DNA of 53,234 nt from a virus (taxonomy: Duplodnaviria > Caudoviricetes). The stretch is taken from positions 1 to 53,234 of IMG/VR virus record IMGVR_UViG_3300002092_000058; one strand, 5' to 3'. Both the position numbers and the translations under genes were made by a program. Shown piece after piece: positions 13,201 to 18,682 of this stretch (position 1 is its first letter; every line of letters starts with the position of its first letter). Under the pieces are notes generated by a model. It saw only the letters and a program-made list of their open reading frames with translations, was not told the DNA's origin and did not search any database.

Positions 13201-14167
13201 ATGTTTGTAGATATTCCTCACCGTATTCTAGTGGTGCAGCTTCCAATGCACCAACACCACCCCTTGCAACACGTCCTGTTATACCCGTCATTTTACTTAA
13301 TACTTTGCCGACTGGTAAACCGCCTGTAATAGCTTTAATACCAAGCACTTCACCAAGCCCTTCAAGGCTACCTGCTACCGCACCCATGCCAAGAGCTAAG
13401 CCATGTTGCTTAGGCGTAATAACCTCGCCTGAATGTTCGCTAGTTACCTCGCCGCCAATTTCCCCCGACTCTTGACCTGTAGCTAATGCGCCAATAGCGG
13501 CAATTCCTGCGTATTTTTCAACCTTATTGGCGACAATATCACTCGCTAATCGAGCCGCCTCTTCTTCTGTTAATTTTTCTGTGCCTAATTTTGTAGCGTT
13601 TTCTGCTAATAACTTTTCAGTTTGCGCTACCGTTGCGCGCTCCATCATATTGGTAAATGCGGATTTTGCTACTGCTTTCCCCAATAACCCGCCTGCGCCA
13701 CCTGTAACAGAGGCAATGCCTAATTGACCAACGCCAGCACCTAGTGAGTGGGCTAAAAAATCGCCCATGTGTGACCAATCGCCCTCAATTCCTTTCTGTT
13801 TAGCATAATCCCAGTTATCAGACGGCCTAGCAGTTTCCTGTAATTCTTTTTGCTTTTCAATATATCCAGCTTCCCCCGCTTTACGAATCCCTGTAGCAAT
13901 ACCGCCCTGACCAAATGCCGTTTCTCCTAAAGCACCAATACCGCTAAGCGCACCATAGCCAGCTTGTTTAATAGCGGGGACTTGCTCTTTAAGTCCGCGT
14001 ATAAATTCGCCGTCAGCTTTGGGGTTTTTTACACCAAGATTGTCGTATATTTTTTGAATAGGTACATTAGGTGTGTATTCTTTGTGCAAGATAGGGATTA
14101 ATTCCTCGTTTGGAACATCCGCATATTCTGGAAATAACGCTCTTAATTTATTTAGTTGTTGCGACAT
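1283..14167 (-). CDS. giant polyvalent virion-ejected protein, DarB-like: N6-adenine methyltransferase + strawberry-notch-type SF2 helicase + two zincin-like HExxH motifs + LPD23-like + PLxRFG region
   Basis: 4294 aa; ESTAGNG and IINPPFG (MTase motifs I and IV); GDQTGVGKGR, LDESHN, SSATY, QMLGRINRTGQ (SF2); HEIGVH; TGWFKAVDGKWRFEIND plus HEIQH; YSPLMRFG; last gene of the ejection-protein cluster. Confidence 0.85.
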   Translation of the reverse strand: MSQQLNKLRALFPEYADVPNEELIPILHKEYTPNVPIQKIYDNLGVKNPKADGEFIRGLKEQVPAIKQAGYGALSGIGALGETAFGQGGIATGIRKAGEAGYIEKQKELQETARPSDNWDYAKQKGIEGDWSHMGDFLAHSLGAGVGQLGIASVTGGAGGLLGKAVAKSAFTNMMERATVAQTEKLLAENATKLGTEKLTEEEAARLASDIVANKVEKYAGIAAIGALATGQESGEIGGEVTSEHSGEVITPKQHGLALGMGAVAGSLEGLGEVLGIKAITGGLPVGKVLSKMTGITGRVARGGVGALEAAPLEYGEEYLQTLAELKGEGKDPFTPEALNQANNAGMQGGMAGFGIGGTGGLLSKAKNVDEAIAGANADLNSPADIPIIPPTITSNKPTERRTENTGALAGVALPLAKQDFLATHVTPDGQYLREIDRNQFVDENFNPVAVKNRNNLTEINVRSSRIPETDSNNIAWQEQREREKQERLAEQNNDRATTTEANTGITTELNPIDAGTSQVNGAKNQGAVENNQSVAEPTTGELTNGRVSNEKQSSGTDVPIQQESTPRPSEQENNNNFEPTHELNDGTPVQHLDGNVYIDKGGYEWQADDAIKLPPTEKKPDLVTESAKEEIATPTKRQGYVGIKLEPGESVLTSSGRETSTFPKFKTATGNIKPVHIKAVDKWLMKNALDEAKHRGDEFNARQFEANIEKPSQADKDAAEEYLFSEQQQVSSTKTNKPYKGYSITKNNDETWKAEAVNKNGGKHTIIQPSKTLLIKSIDTFVKRYGEPQEQQEAIKQPSSTEATESVENAPETVSQSSNSQANLAALKPAQKKESHPAIESYANDLVEGGGVSLIHDEHGTITGRAPSVNPEWFKDGRFLIYKENGDVYSSTPSVREVKLAVSDYKAGKKLRPKQVAILESLHDLATEDEERGSYESDTELTHAQDMIVNHLEAEMENGKLTIDDINRVLVEFDDSIPFDVKGSDITLNELEEWLGITNEEKRPTQSVAVPEEEIPQGYTESELAKHEREQAERARKESETELKAKQKAEADKGIDSLADEMADLKDQMGQAIGELASLLGAKTNLTEEEEARLIPIMSKIFRIAAKMGYIKFKDAAQHVMSQIRQLAGDEIADKLSIENLQAGYINIAKEIGGNKAEALQYDSIEEIEKESKKEVKSIFGFDASQRFADLLLAGQSFDTIVQARKALTDQNIVAGTIEAKQADEAIELAGVLAGKQIVDKGLSESQTFDALVKLAGQMPSLNVRTSTSIEQQAYSTPLPLAYLASELAGITKKTTVTESTAGNGALLIAANPELATVNELNPDRARSLKEQGFNVTTENAVTHSFTKNGLSDVVIINPPFGAVKDDNGNTITYSIKPMYSTNEVDHAIVMNTLKGMDDDGKAVLIIGGPAGHLSQEGRSDAYNGKAKRTFFYNLYNDYNVVDHFTVSGKLYAKQGAEWPVDVIVIHGKDKSKLRLPAADVPRVINTIKELKNELPDNRPSVSKVEITIDEAQSNSTETGDAGSNFGIRQFSNRRRSENRKRVGVLFRSERSVETNGQVIESNVDESNDNTSNRPIRLTNKPNTVENKFQADYTPASTVNPVGTLVPVNMQSSIEKALQRIIDAHGDIDSYIANLLNYKKEEIGKYFSAEQVDAIALALDNIISGKGFIIGDQTGVGKGRVNAAMIRYAILNKMTPIFVTEKPNLYGDMLRDLADIGMPDVKPFATNSGENIPIDNEANAWYEESLKAKESGEKIPEKRGKFISMPSGKKQEQNMNSMIDSGKLSEGDVIFTTYNQMQTVKGEITTRTKFLKKLADGCLLILDESHNAGGTSAGPKQGKSAPEEGEKTGRAAVARELVSLAKGVFYSSATYAKRPDVLDLYSKTDMGLVADTASLQQAMVAGGVPLQQAVASMLAESGQYIRREKSFDGIVYGTSFVDVDRNFAEKVAEVMRDIMIFDDLKSIAVSTLKDEAKASASQVSADNAIGKTGIDSQNFTSIMHNMIGQMLLMLKVQPTIDEALEALKRGEKPVIALSSTMGSVIKEYADEVGLNVGDVINLNCGDLLSRYLERSRRITETDAMGNKIKRPLDDDELGKAASSFYKKIQSKINNFDFSSYKMSPIDAIHNALAKEGYKSGEITGRMNIIDYSGDVPIYKIRPAQELSTAGKRKTVNDFNNGKLDVIILNQSGATGLSLHSSPKVGGDTRKRHMIIAQPELNIDTHMQMLGRINRTGQLHLPSYSQLTANIPAEKRPSAILAKKMAMLNANTTAGKESAVKAKDVPDFMNDYGNEIAASVMTDNPELHKMLGKPLAQGNNGLYKENAMAKVTGLIPVLKLKDQEMLYQMIEDEYNDYIEILTKTGQNQLEAHAMDLDAKIVHTENIVEELGGSTSPFAAGVEAEIVDVKKLGKPYTIDQINSLLEKTDFKDDKSSYSAKESFIKTVNEEYKKALSEIEKIEEIDDKEVKRKQALKDNLEHQRNQLVQMFSNFYPSKPIVLTSPHGLKYEGIVGKFERKGQAKSFFAQGQWKMTVYVADATRQVTLPLSQLSWGATNGMSWTVNRGNLNSIKTALDEGQSTSREHRVILTGNMLAAYGFDSTGQIINYTNDKGEINQGVLMPKKFDLKQAIEKQPVIFLNLDIAMDYINNSNATNRSIRSANNDFRLMVTSTGATLYAPSSKAKGSILFGNKRVTEITGPFITRGKEMQARVSMDEIGSLLRVIYPIIGSMQPILKEEGKKFLESKGIKFSKTTTPTAPSNTHTKQSLSSAIKSIMDKTFGDGWTDRLMATGKFKVISRDEAGEIIQDLPREPGDNVVSGQFDIKYSKDGHVIAFYNPANDTTYFVHDNISQDQSSDSIKGLMLHEIGVHALQLGKSNAEFKALLTQFEQLKERNPRVKAAFNRVPADTKEEHITEEALAYFLENNPTSTLAQRIIEAFRRLVRAIGNTLIGKDKFKYSQWANKLTEQELRDMATSALKSAPESLLFDNVGREDEAIKYGFAGQNANTANHNSLAAAQQRMDAGEDKEKIREDTGWFKAVDGKWRFEINDNNARFKAGLINKDKTLNAKNMILGDVLNHPHLFDAYPELYNLPIDLNIGPSYSNAMSHYDPSEKSILIQSGTRDNALSALLHEIQHGIQHIEDFAWGSSLHKINENKKETNYEKKQRLLEEQKKYEKEMIRARDIYFDKIKQIRSTFNYKDEEYLELYEDEKYIELKEKALEDSENDGSRKWTSLQREIESIRSDSPFGNISTPPSKEEFAKLFYDYKRHAGEIEARNVEARRNFTKTERKFTSPSVTQDIADSNAIVVWNNGSKMASQQPSRLMTSVNNDIRFSLAPLEDIWSDTAALPKTTTEELKDRLRDIKDTGRINIKALGLSALTQNQLVKLGEETLPIFKNFSVERNNYDVTEANIHKQGDDIANRWQRLVPNYKPMDKVWAARNKLEMHRLADMMNSMTVLELDPRETKPEDADTAVWDELVSNYNKLLPNSKKVLDDAEKFHKDRLNDLLSSIIEKLDNSNASIEDKKRMVKELNKKFKAIKGPYSPLMRFGPYWVDHAEGFNMFETKSAQERFIKQLKDNGIDINGFGKTLTDFQKVEGIDVGFVNDINDLIDKLDVEQGDMLKDSIFQLYLTALPESSMRKRFIHRKKTPGFATDALRSFSKKAFHDGKQIAKMKYMPKMKQALKDITMAVKAGDSTKEYERIQSNIEKLRDVLTQLNNGEQLSEIEGNAGLLNQFNRYSNQNELKSAINKYIDRQKDILKNADIYINAGKDSESIADIIKALQKSYANMADGNSVHLISSIANQTAFTYILGFSPSSALINFMQTPGVALPVIAGRHGFVKSSKALADATKTFFANKDQDGFSILNGLKNDGERALYMALSSNGTFDRSRAHDLMGLSEQGVERGTLHRDFMIASSYMFHHVEMANREITALTAYRMEFEKTGDVQKSIAYADEIVKETHLDYSSANRPDLFQGNAARVMLQFKMFSQGMTWLWGKTLYDAFKSKNPERKAEARNIMLCLSGTQIAAAGVLGLPIGGILMAVQALLSLFDDDDEPKDVENEIRKSLSNTLGPDIGRIISVGALSESGADFHSRLSLSDLWVREPDKELEGKDQAYYLLKTIAGPIAGVAENVLVGMKLIGDGNTERGIEKMLPNAFSGAAKSYRLINEGGAKSLTGETIYETNAYEQALQAIGMRPSGLNEQMNQNAAIKNREQAVQHVRQRLLNHAANAKIEKNASDLKDAMESIKEFNTKYPSDKINQASILRSVKKRLSNQKSSINGININKKLKELADEESFM
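9409..9687 (-). CDS. nested +1-frame gene (92 aa) inside the giant gene, between MTase and helicase
   Basis: SD TAAGGA 8 nt before ATG; product looks helical/amphipathic; the host frame is atypically Arg/Ser/Asn-rich over this span. Confidence 0.6.
   Translation of the reverse strand: MNYQIIDQACQKLKSLLMKLNPTLQKQVMQEAILALDNSQIDGEVRTENVSEFCLDLSEVLKQTDKSSRVMLMSQTIIQATDPLDLLTSLIP
11035..11169 (-). CDS. candidate nested +1-frame gene (44 aa, MKKKDLHKALLYLKKKYPKD...)
   Basis: GGGA 7-8 nt before ATG; lies in a linker of the giant protein. Confidence 0.35.
   Translation of the reverse strand: MKKKDLHKALLYLKKKYPKDTQNQNLQNMSENKPSEQEKNQKPN
12415..12534 (-). CDS. candidate nested +1-frame gene (39 aa, MGAYQMRSNPQALMYQY...)
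   Basis: Strong SD AGGAG before ATG; starts 3 nt after the stop of the 12538..12687 nested ORF. Confidence 0.4.
   Translation of the reverse strand: MGAYQMRSNPQALMYQYNRNQHLDQVSRRIITTLSRLMN
12538..12687 (-). CDS. candidate nested +1-frame gene (49 aa coiled-coil, MIEPLLQKQILESLQNSTLLMQEQVRSMEQKIKEQ...)
   Basis: Heptad-like sequence; in tandem with the next nested ORF; SD is weak. Confidence 0.35.
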   Translation of the reverse strand: MIEPLLQKQILESLQNSTLLMQEQVRSMEQKIKEQSKTISQLPSQLQEN

Positions 14168-14186
14168 GGTCTATCTCTTTAAAATT

Positions 14187-14217
14187 TTGTCCTGATTTTA
14201 TCATAAAATGCTACAAT
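14187..14217 (+). promoter_or_regulatory. extended -10 promoter with overlapping 15-bp palindrome
   Basis: TGcTACAAT at 14209-14217; ATTTTAT-C-ATAAAAT at 14195-14209. Confidence 0.5.
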
Positions 14218-14318
14218 ATCGCAGTAGCTAGGTTTGCAAGCCGAAATGTGACTCGTCATCAGCGCAGTTAGTAGAAGCGCAAAAAGAAATTGCAGAGGCT
14301 CGTAAACAAGATGAAATC

Positions 14319-14492
14319 ATGAACGCTATTATTCGAAAAGTACAAGAAATGCGCAATAAAACAGCAAAAACATGCTGCTCTGACATGTTTTTTAGTGATG
14401 GAACAATTGCTTACAATAAAGAGAAAGGGTTTGATCTTTTGCGCAGTTACGATGACTTGCTTTATGCCTTAGGGCATTGGATAAATAAATAG
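14319..14492 (+). CDS. hypothetical protein (57 aa), probably a 5'-truncated remnant
   Basis: The frame is open from ~14232 (AQLVEAQKEIAEARKQDEI) with no start codon until ATG 14319. Confidence 0.45.
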   Translation: MNAIIRKVQEMRNKTAKTCCSDMFFSDGTIAYNKEKGFDLLRSYDDLLYALGHWINK

Positions 14493-14505
14493 TGAGAAAA
14501 TAAAA

Positions 14506-14853
14506 ATGAACATAACAGAATTTACAAGAACAGAAGATAGTTTTCCCGTAGAAGGTGAGCTAACTATTGCTTTTTTACCTATGCTTGAATGTCCAGAAAC
14601 TAAACAAGTTACAGGCATGACGGCTGTAGCGGTTTATTATGGAGAGGGGTCGGCTTTTAATGTTGGCAAGATAAAGAATGAAATTTCACCAGGCTGGTAT
14701 TACGCTGACGCAGTGCCTTATCGTGGTGAAGATGGCGTTGCTAGATTATCAAATACATTAATTCCATTGCGCTTTGAGCCGTTGCTGTGGAAACAATTAA
14801 GTATTTACAAAGAAGCGCCAAAGCCAAAGCTGACAGTTATACAAAAGCATTAA
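14506..14853 (+). CDS. hypothetical moron protein (115 aa)
   Basis: ATG with A-rich leader; opposite strand to the structural operon; followed by hairpin CCGCT-TTTT-AGCGG. Confidence 0.7.
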   Translation: MNITEFTRTEDSFPVEGELTIAFLPMLECPETKQVTGMTAVAVYYGEGSAFNVGKIKNEISPGWYYADAVPYRGEDGVARLSNTLIPLRFEPLLWKQLSIYKEAPKPKLTVIQKH

Positions 14854-14884
14854 TAAATAATCCGCTTTTTAGCGGCTTTGTAAA

Positions 14885-15880
14885 TTAATAGTTCATATTT
14901 CTTCTTGTTTCAGCGCTCTTTGACAATCTATTTATTTCATTTTTAACGGCATAGTTTATATTTGCTCTCCTAGCTTCATTAATAAGAGCCTGCTTTTCTT
15001 TTGAGCTTATTTTATCCCATTGCTCTTGTGAAACATTAACATCCTTAGGAACAATATCTTTTTCTATAATTTTATCCCCACCAAGATTAATATTCTCAAG
15101 TGCGCCACTGGATGTATTTTTTACTTCGGTTATTTTTGGTGAAGAATCTTGATTAAGCATTATTCCTGTAGCTATAGGCGCTCTTTCATTTTCTGCTTTA
15201 GTCGCTTCATCTAATTCAGCAATGGCCTCTTTATCAAGATAAGGCTTAATAGTATTTAATCTTTGTTTGCTTAAATACTCAATTGTTTTGTTATTTTTTT
15301 CAATAATTGATGGATCGGCATTGACGTTTTCTTTGTGCAAATCTTTTATATCAGAAGTAAAGGCGTCATATTGCATCTTAACGGCTGGTGGTATTTTCGC
15401 TATTGATTTGGCCTGCTCTAAATTTAACGATGCCAATTCATTTTGCAGATTACGACCTGTATAATCTGTTCTGTCTGTAGCATTGTGCAGCCTAATAGAT
15501 TCGTCCGTCTGCAAACTAGCCTTAGCTTTTTCAAATGCCATTTTCTTGTCTATATTGTTGGGGTCAGCCTCAAAATCCAATTCAGCTTGCTTAGCTAATT
15601 TATTAGCATCAATTGTTTTTTGTAGGTTCTCTGGATTGGTTTCAAAATCAAGTTTGTTTTTAGCTATTGTTTGTGCGTTTTGAATGCCTCTATTTTCATC
15701 AGCTATTTTATAGTCTTGCTGTCTTCCCTCTGCTGCAATCCTTGATTCTTCAATGCGCTTTTCTTTCTCCATCTCCATGCGTGCATTCTCAGCGCGAATA
15801 TCATTCTCATGCCATCTATCCCCTACTTTTGCAAGCCCTTCACCAAGTCCTGCTATACCGCCTAATAATCCTAAGTTCAT
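14885..15880 (-). CDS. putative DNA-ejection (internal virion) protein
   Basis: N-terminal MNLGLLGGIAGLGEGLAKVG followed by coiled coil; position in the ejection cluster. Confidence 0.65.
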   Translation of the reverse strand: MNLGLLGGIAGLGEGLAKVGDRWHENDIRAENARMEMEKEKRIEESRIAAEGRQQDYKIADENRGIQNAQTIAKNKLDFETNPENLQKTIDANKLAKQAELDFEADPNNIDKKMAFEKAKASLQTDESIRLHNATDRTDYTGRNLQNELASLNLEQAKSIAKIPPAVKMQYDAFTSDIKDLHKENVNADPSIIEKNNKTIEYLSKQRLNTIKPYLDKEAIAELDEATKAENERAPIATGIMLNQDSSPKITEVKNTSSGALENINLGGDKIIEKDIVPKDVNVSQEQWDKISSKEKQALINEARRANINYAVKNEINRLSKSAETRRNMNY

Positions 15881-16425
15881 TGGCCGCCCCCAAAATTAAC
15901 GCCAGATAACATGCCTTGCGGTTGCGCTGGTTGTTCTGACTGTGCTTGTGTCTGATCTTGAGCAGTTGGTGTACCTTGATTATGTTGTTGTATCTCGGTT
16001 GCACCTTTCTCGACCGCATCATGTAATTGGTCTTGAGTAATACCTAGCTTTAAAAATATTTTGCTACAGGTTTGTTTCCATGTTTCGGATACCATTTCAT
16101 TGGTGATTTGAATCCCTAAAGACCGTTCAGCAAAATCCATTACTTCACACATAAATATAGCCCCTGCCATGATTAATGATTCTGGCTTGAGTGTTTTATT
16201 AGAGTGCAAATAAAGAAGCCACAGCAAGCCTGTTACGCCCGTAGAAATAGTGTCTACAGGGTTTTTTCTGGACTCTGGGTTTTTAACAAGCTCCATGTTT
16301 TTATGGAAGTTGGGGTCAAACAATATTTTCTTACCTGCCAATACAGTTCTATCAAATTCAGGCTTATATTCAGGCTGAACGTGCGAGGTAATATTGGTAA
16401 TAATTGTTTGCAATATAGGGTTCAT
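15877..16425 (-). CDS. hypothetical virion-module protein
   Basis: Start/stop overlaps couple it to both neighbours; ends QPQGMLSG like podophage internal proteins. Confidence 0.65.
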   Translation of the reverse strand: MNPILQTIITNITSHVQPEYKPEFDRTVLAGKKILFDPNFHKNMELVKNPESRKNPVDTISTGVTGLLWLLYLHSNKTLKPESLIMAGAIFMCEVMDFAERSLGIQITNEMVSETWKQTCSKIFLKLGITQDQLHDAVEKGATEIQQHNQGTPTAQDQTQAQSEQPAQPQGMLSGVNFGGGQ

Positions 16426-17465
16426 GCGGTCAATGCCTTAGCCACTGTATTGGCTTGCTGTGCGTTATTGATTCTAGCCGCTTGCAATTGCTCAGCCGTC
16501 AATGGCTGCGCCGCTTGATTCCAGCCTGCTGGATGGCTAAGGTTATTGATACCATAAAGCGTAGAATTTTGATTAAATTGGTTTTGTTGCTGTACTATTT
16601 TATTATAATTTTGATCCGCAAATCCCTTATATAACCCGCTCAATGCCGTACCAGCAGCCGTTAATGCGTCAGCTTTACTAAAGTAATTTCCTGCATCAAC
16701 CGCACCCTTTGCCGCACCATTCATAGTTGGTGTGATTGCGCTAGATACTTGGCTACCTATAGTATTTGTTGCTGATGGTGCTTGACCTAATAATCCAGAA
16801 CCACCGCCTAATGACGTTTCAGTTGATGCTAGTGACGGTGCTTTTGATATTAAATTAGTTGAACTACTATCAATTGCTTTTGATGCTAAATTGCTTGTAC
16901 CGTTATCTAGTGCCGCACTAGTCGCAGAAGCTAATGAATTACCCGCCGTGCTGACATTAGGAATAAGCGTAGAACCTACTGATTTCCCTGCCGTAAAAGC
17001 ATCACCAGCGTTAGTAATGCCGCCTAATGCGGAATCAGCCCCTGCTGAAGCCTGTGCCGACTTAGCCGCAGACGTTGCCGCACCAAATTCAGTAGATGCC
17101 GCCGATAACCCCGCCGACGCACCCCATGTCGCCAAACCAGCGACACCGCCCGCTAAGCCAACATACATACCAATTTTCATAAGGCTTTTATCACCCGTGG
17201 CCATCCCTATAACGGACATCGCTAAGCCAGCAACCGTAGCCACTGCGCCGATAGCTGTAACGGTTGTCAATGCCGCCGCACCTACCGTTGCCAGCGTAGC
17301 ACCCGCCGCCGCTACACCAATGGAGGTCGCCGCTGCGCCAATAGCAGGGCCAACAATGAATGGCATGTTTCTTTCACCATAAGCAGGTCCACCAAACGGA
17401 TCACCAATAGGGTATTCGATTGCTAATGCGCGACTAATAGATAATGATAGGTATTGTTTATTCAT
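16422..17465 (-). CDS. Ala/Gly-rich DNA-ejection/pilot protein with TM-like segments
   Basis: Long hydrophobic Ala/Gly helices after a PIGDPFGGPAYGE leader; low-complexity Ser/Ala/Thr body. Confidence 0.65.
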   Translation of the reverse strand: MNKQYLSLSISRALAIEYPIGDPFGGPAYGERNMPFIVGPAIGAAATSIGVAAAGATLATVGAAALTTVTAIGAVATVAGLAMSVIGMATGDKSLMKIGMYVGLAGGVAGLATWGASAGLSAASTEFGAATSAAKSAQASAGADSALGGITNAGDAFTAGKSVGSTLIPNVSTAGNSLASATSAALDNGTSNLASKAIDSSSTNLISKAPSLASTETSLGGGSGLLGQAPSATNTIGSQVSSAITPTMNGAAKGAVDAGNYFSKADALTAAGTALSGLYKGFADQNYNKIVQQQNQFNQNSTLYGINNLSHPAGWNQAAQPLTAEQLQAARINNAQQANTVAKALTA

Positions 17466-17772
17466 TGTTATTTCCATCTTTAATTTTTGGTTTTATTTTA
17501 AACCCAACATAAGCATCAAGTGGATCAATTCGATTAAGATTGCTGGACAAAAAAAATAGGTCGCCAAGTAAAATGCCTTCTTTATGTGCGGCTTTTATTA
17601 TTAATAAAAACGCATTACCAATATTTTCAGGGGTTCCTTCGCCTAAATTTGCTAAAATATTATTTTTGTTAATGACTGGAATGCCTTTATTTTGACTTGC
17701 CCAGCTTCCAAAATAACCACTCATATCTTCCCATTTATTATTTACAAATGCTTTAAAAGTAGCACTATTCAT
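17458..17772 (-). CDS. hypothetical protein
   Basis: Translationally coupled ORF in the operon. Confidence 0.55.
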   Translation of the reverse strand: MNSATFKAFVNNKWEDMSGYFGSWASQNKGIPVINKNNILANLGEGTPENIGNAFLLIIKAAHKEGILLGDLFFLSSNLNRIDPLDAYVGFKIKPKIKDGNNNE

Positions 17773-18682
17773 ACTTTAAAGTCCTTACAGCAAAAATTAA
17801 TGAAATTCTGTCTTCGTCTGAATCGTTAATAACAGAATGGTAATAGCTGTTATCAAATTCAAATACTTCACCAGCTTCCCCAAAATGTGATTCTGTTAAT
17901 GCAAATGATTCACCAACTTTAGAATAAAAATTAAAACTTTGATCTTGATTTGATTGCAGTAAAACTAGTATTTTCTTGTCGTAGTAATCAGAGTGCCAGT
18001 GACCAGCGTCCGAATGAATATAAACCTGTTTTCTTGCTGGCACTTTTGTTATTAATGCGCCACCAAGTTTTGCATTGTCTGGCAATTCAAGCATGGCAGA
18101 ATCAATTATCTTTCTGATAGCGGGTAGTTTATAGATAGCATCCCACCAGACAGAAACGTGCTTATCTGAAAACTTTTCTGGATGTTCAATATCAAATTCA
18201 GAATAGTCGCGATATCGCAAGATAATGTCGCTTACCTTTCTGTGCGGCGAATTTTCATAAGCTGATGTTCTAAAATTATATTGATTCCATAAATCAGGGT
18301 TAGCATTTATTTCCTCAACGGCTTTTTGCACATTTAAAACAAGCGGTAAGCGCTTCATGCGTTCAATTGGTTTAATCAATACATCATCAATATTGTTGAC
18401 ACCTGTCTCATTGGTTGCGTGAATACATTGCCATATAACAGGACCATAACCTTCTATTGGTGTAACCTTGTGCGTTGCGTTTGCCTTAATTTCAATAGTG
18501 TCTGGCGCTGTATGAATGCTAGTAACGCCGTCACATTCAACCGCCACAACACCTTGAGATAGAATACTTAAGTGGTCATAGTTATGCTTGTGTGTTTCAA
18601 CTTCGCTTCCCTCTTGAATAATCATGGTTTTACAATAAACACCGCCGTAAAAACTATGCTTAATAACCTCTATTGCTGACAT
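17765..18682 (-). CDS. cupin domain fused to Asp/Asn beta-hydroxylase-like 2OG-Fe(II) oxygenase
   Basis: N-terminal HSFYGGVY...THKHNYDHLS...H cupin; C-terminal IHSD...FDNSYYHSVINDSDEDRISL (HxD...H...RxS). Confidence 0.8.
   Translation of the reverse strand: MSAIEVIKHSFYGGVYCKTMIIQEGSEVETHKHNYDHLSILSQGVVAVECDGVTSIHTAPDTIEIKANATHKVTPIEGYGPVIWQCIHATNETGVNNIDDVLIKPIERMKRLPLVLNVQKAVEEINANPDLWNQYNFRTSAYENSPHRKVSDIILRYRDYSEFDIEHPEKFSDKHVSVWWDAIYKLPAIRKIIDSAMLELPDNAKLGGALITKVPARKQVYIHSDAGHWHSDYYDKKILVLLQSNQDQSFNFYSKVGESFALTESHFGEAGEVFEFDNSYYHSVINDSDEDRISLIFAVRTLKYE

Noticed and set aside
3429-13727. Many plus-strand ORFs antisense to the giant gene, and similar ones opposite the structural genes
   Set aside because: Ser/Leu/Phe-rich shadow frames with mostly TTG/GTG starts and no SD; expected opposite long AT-rich genes.
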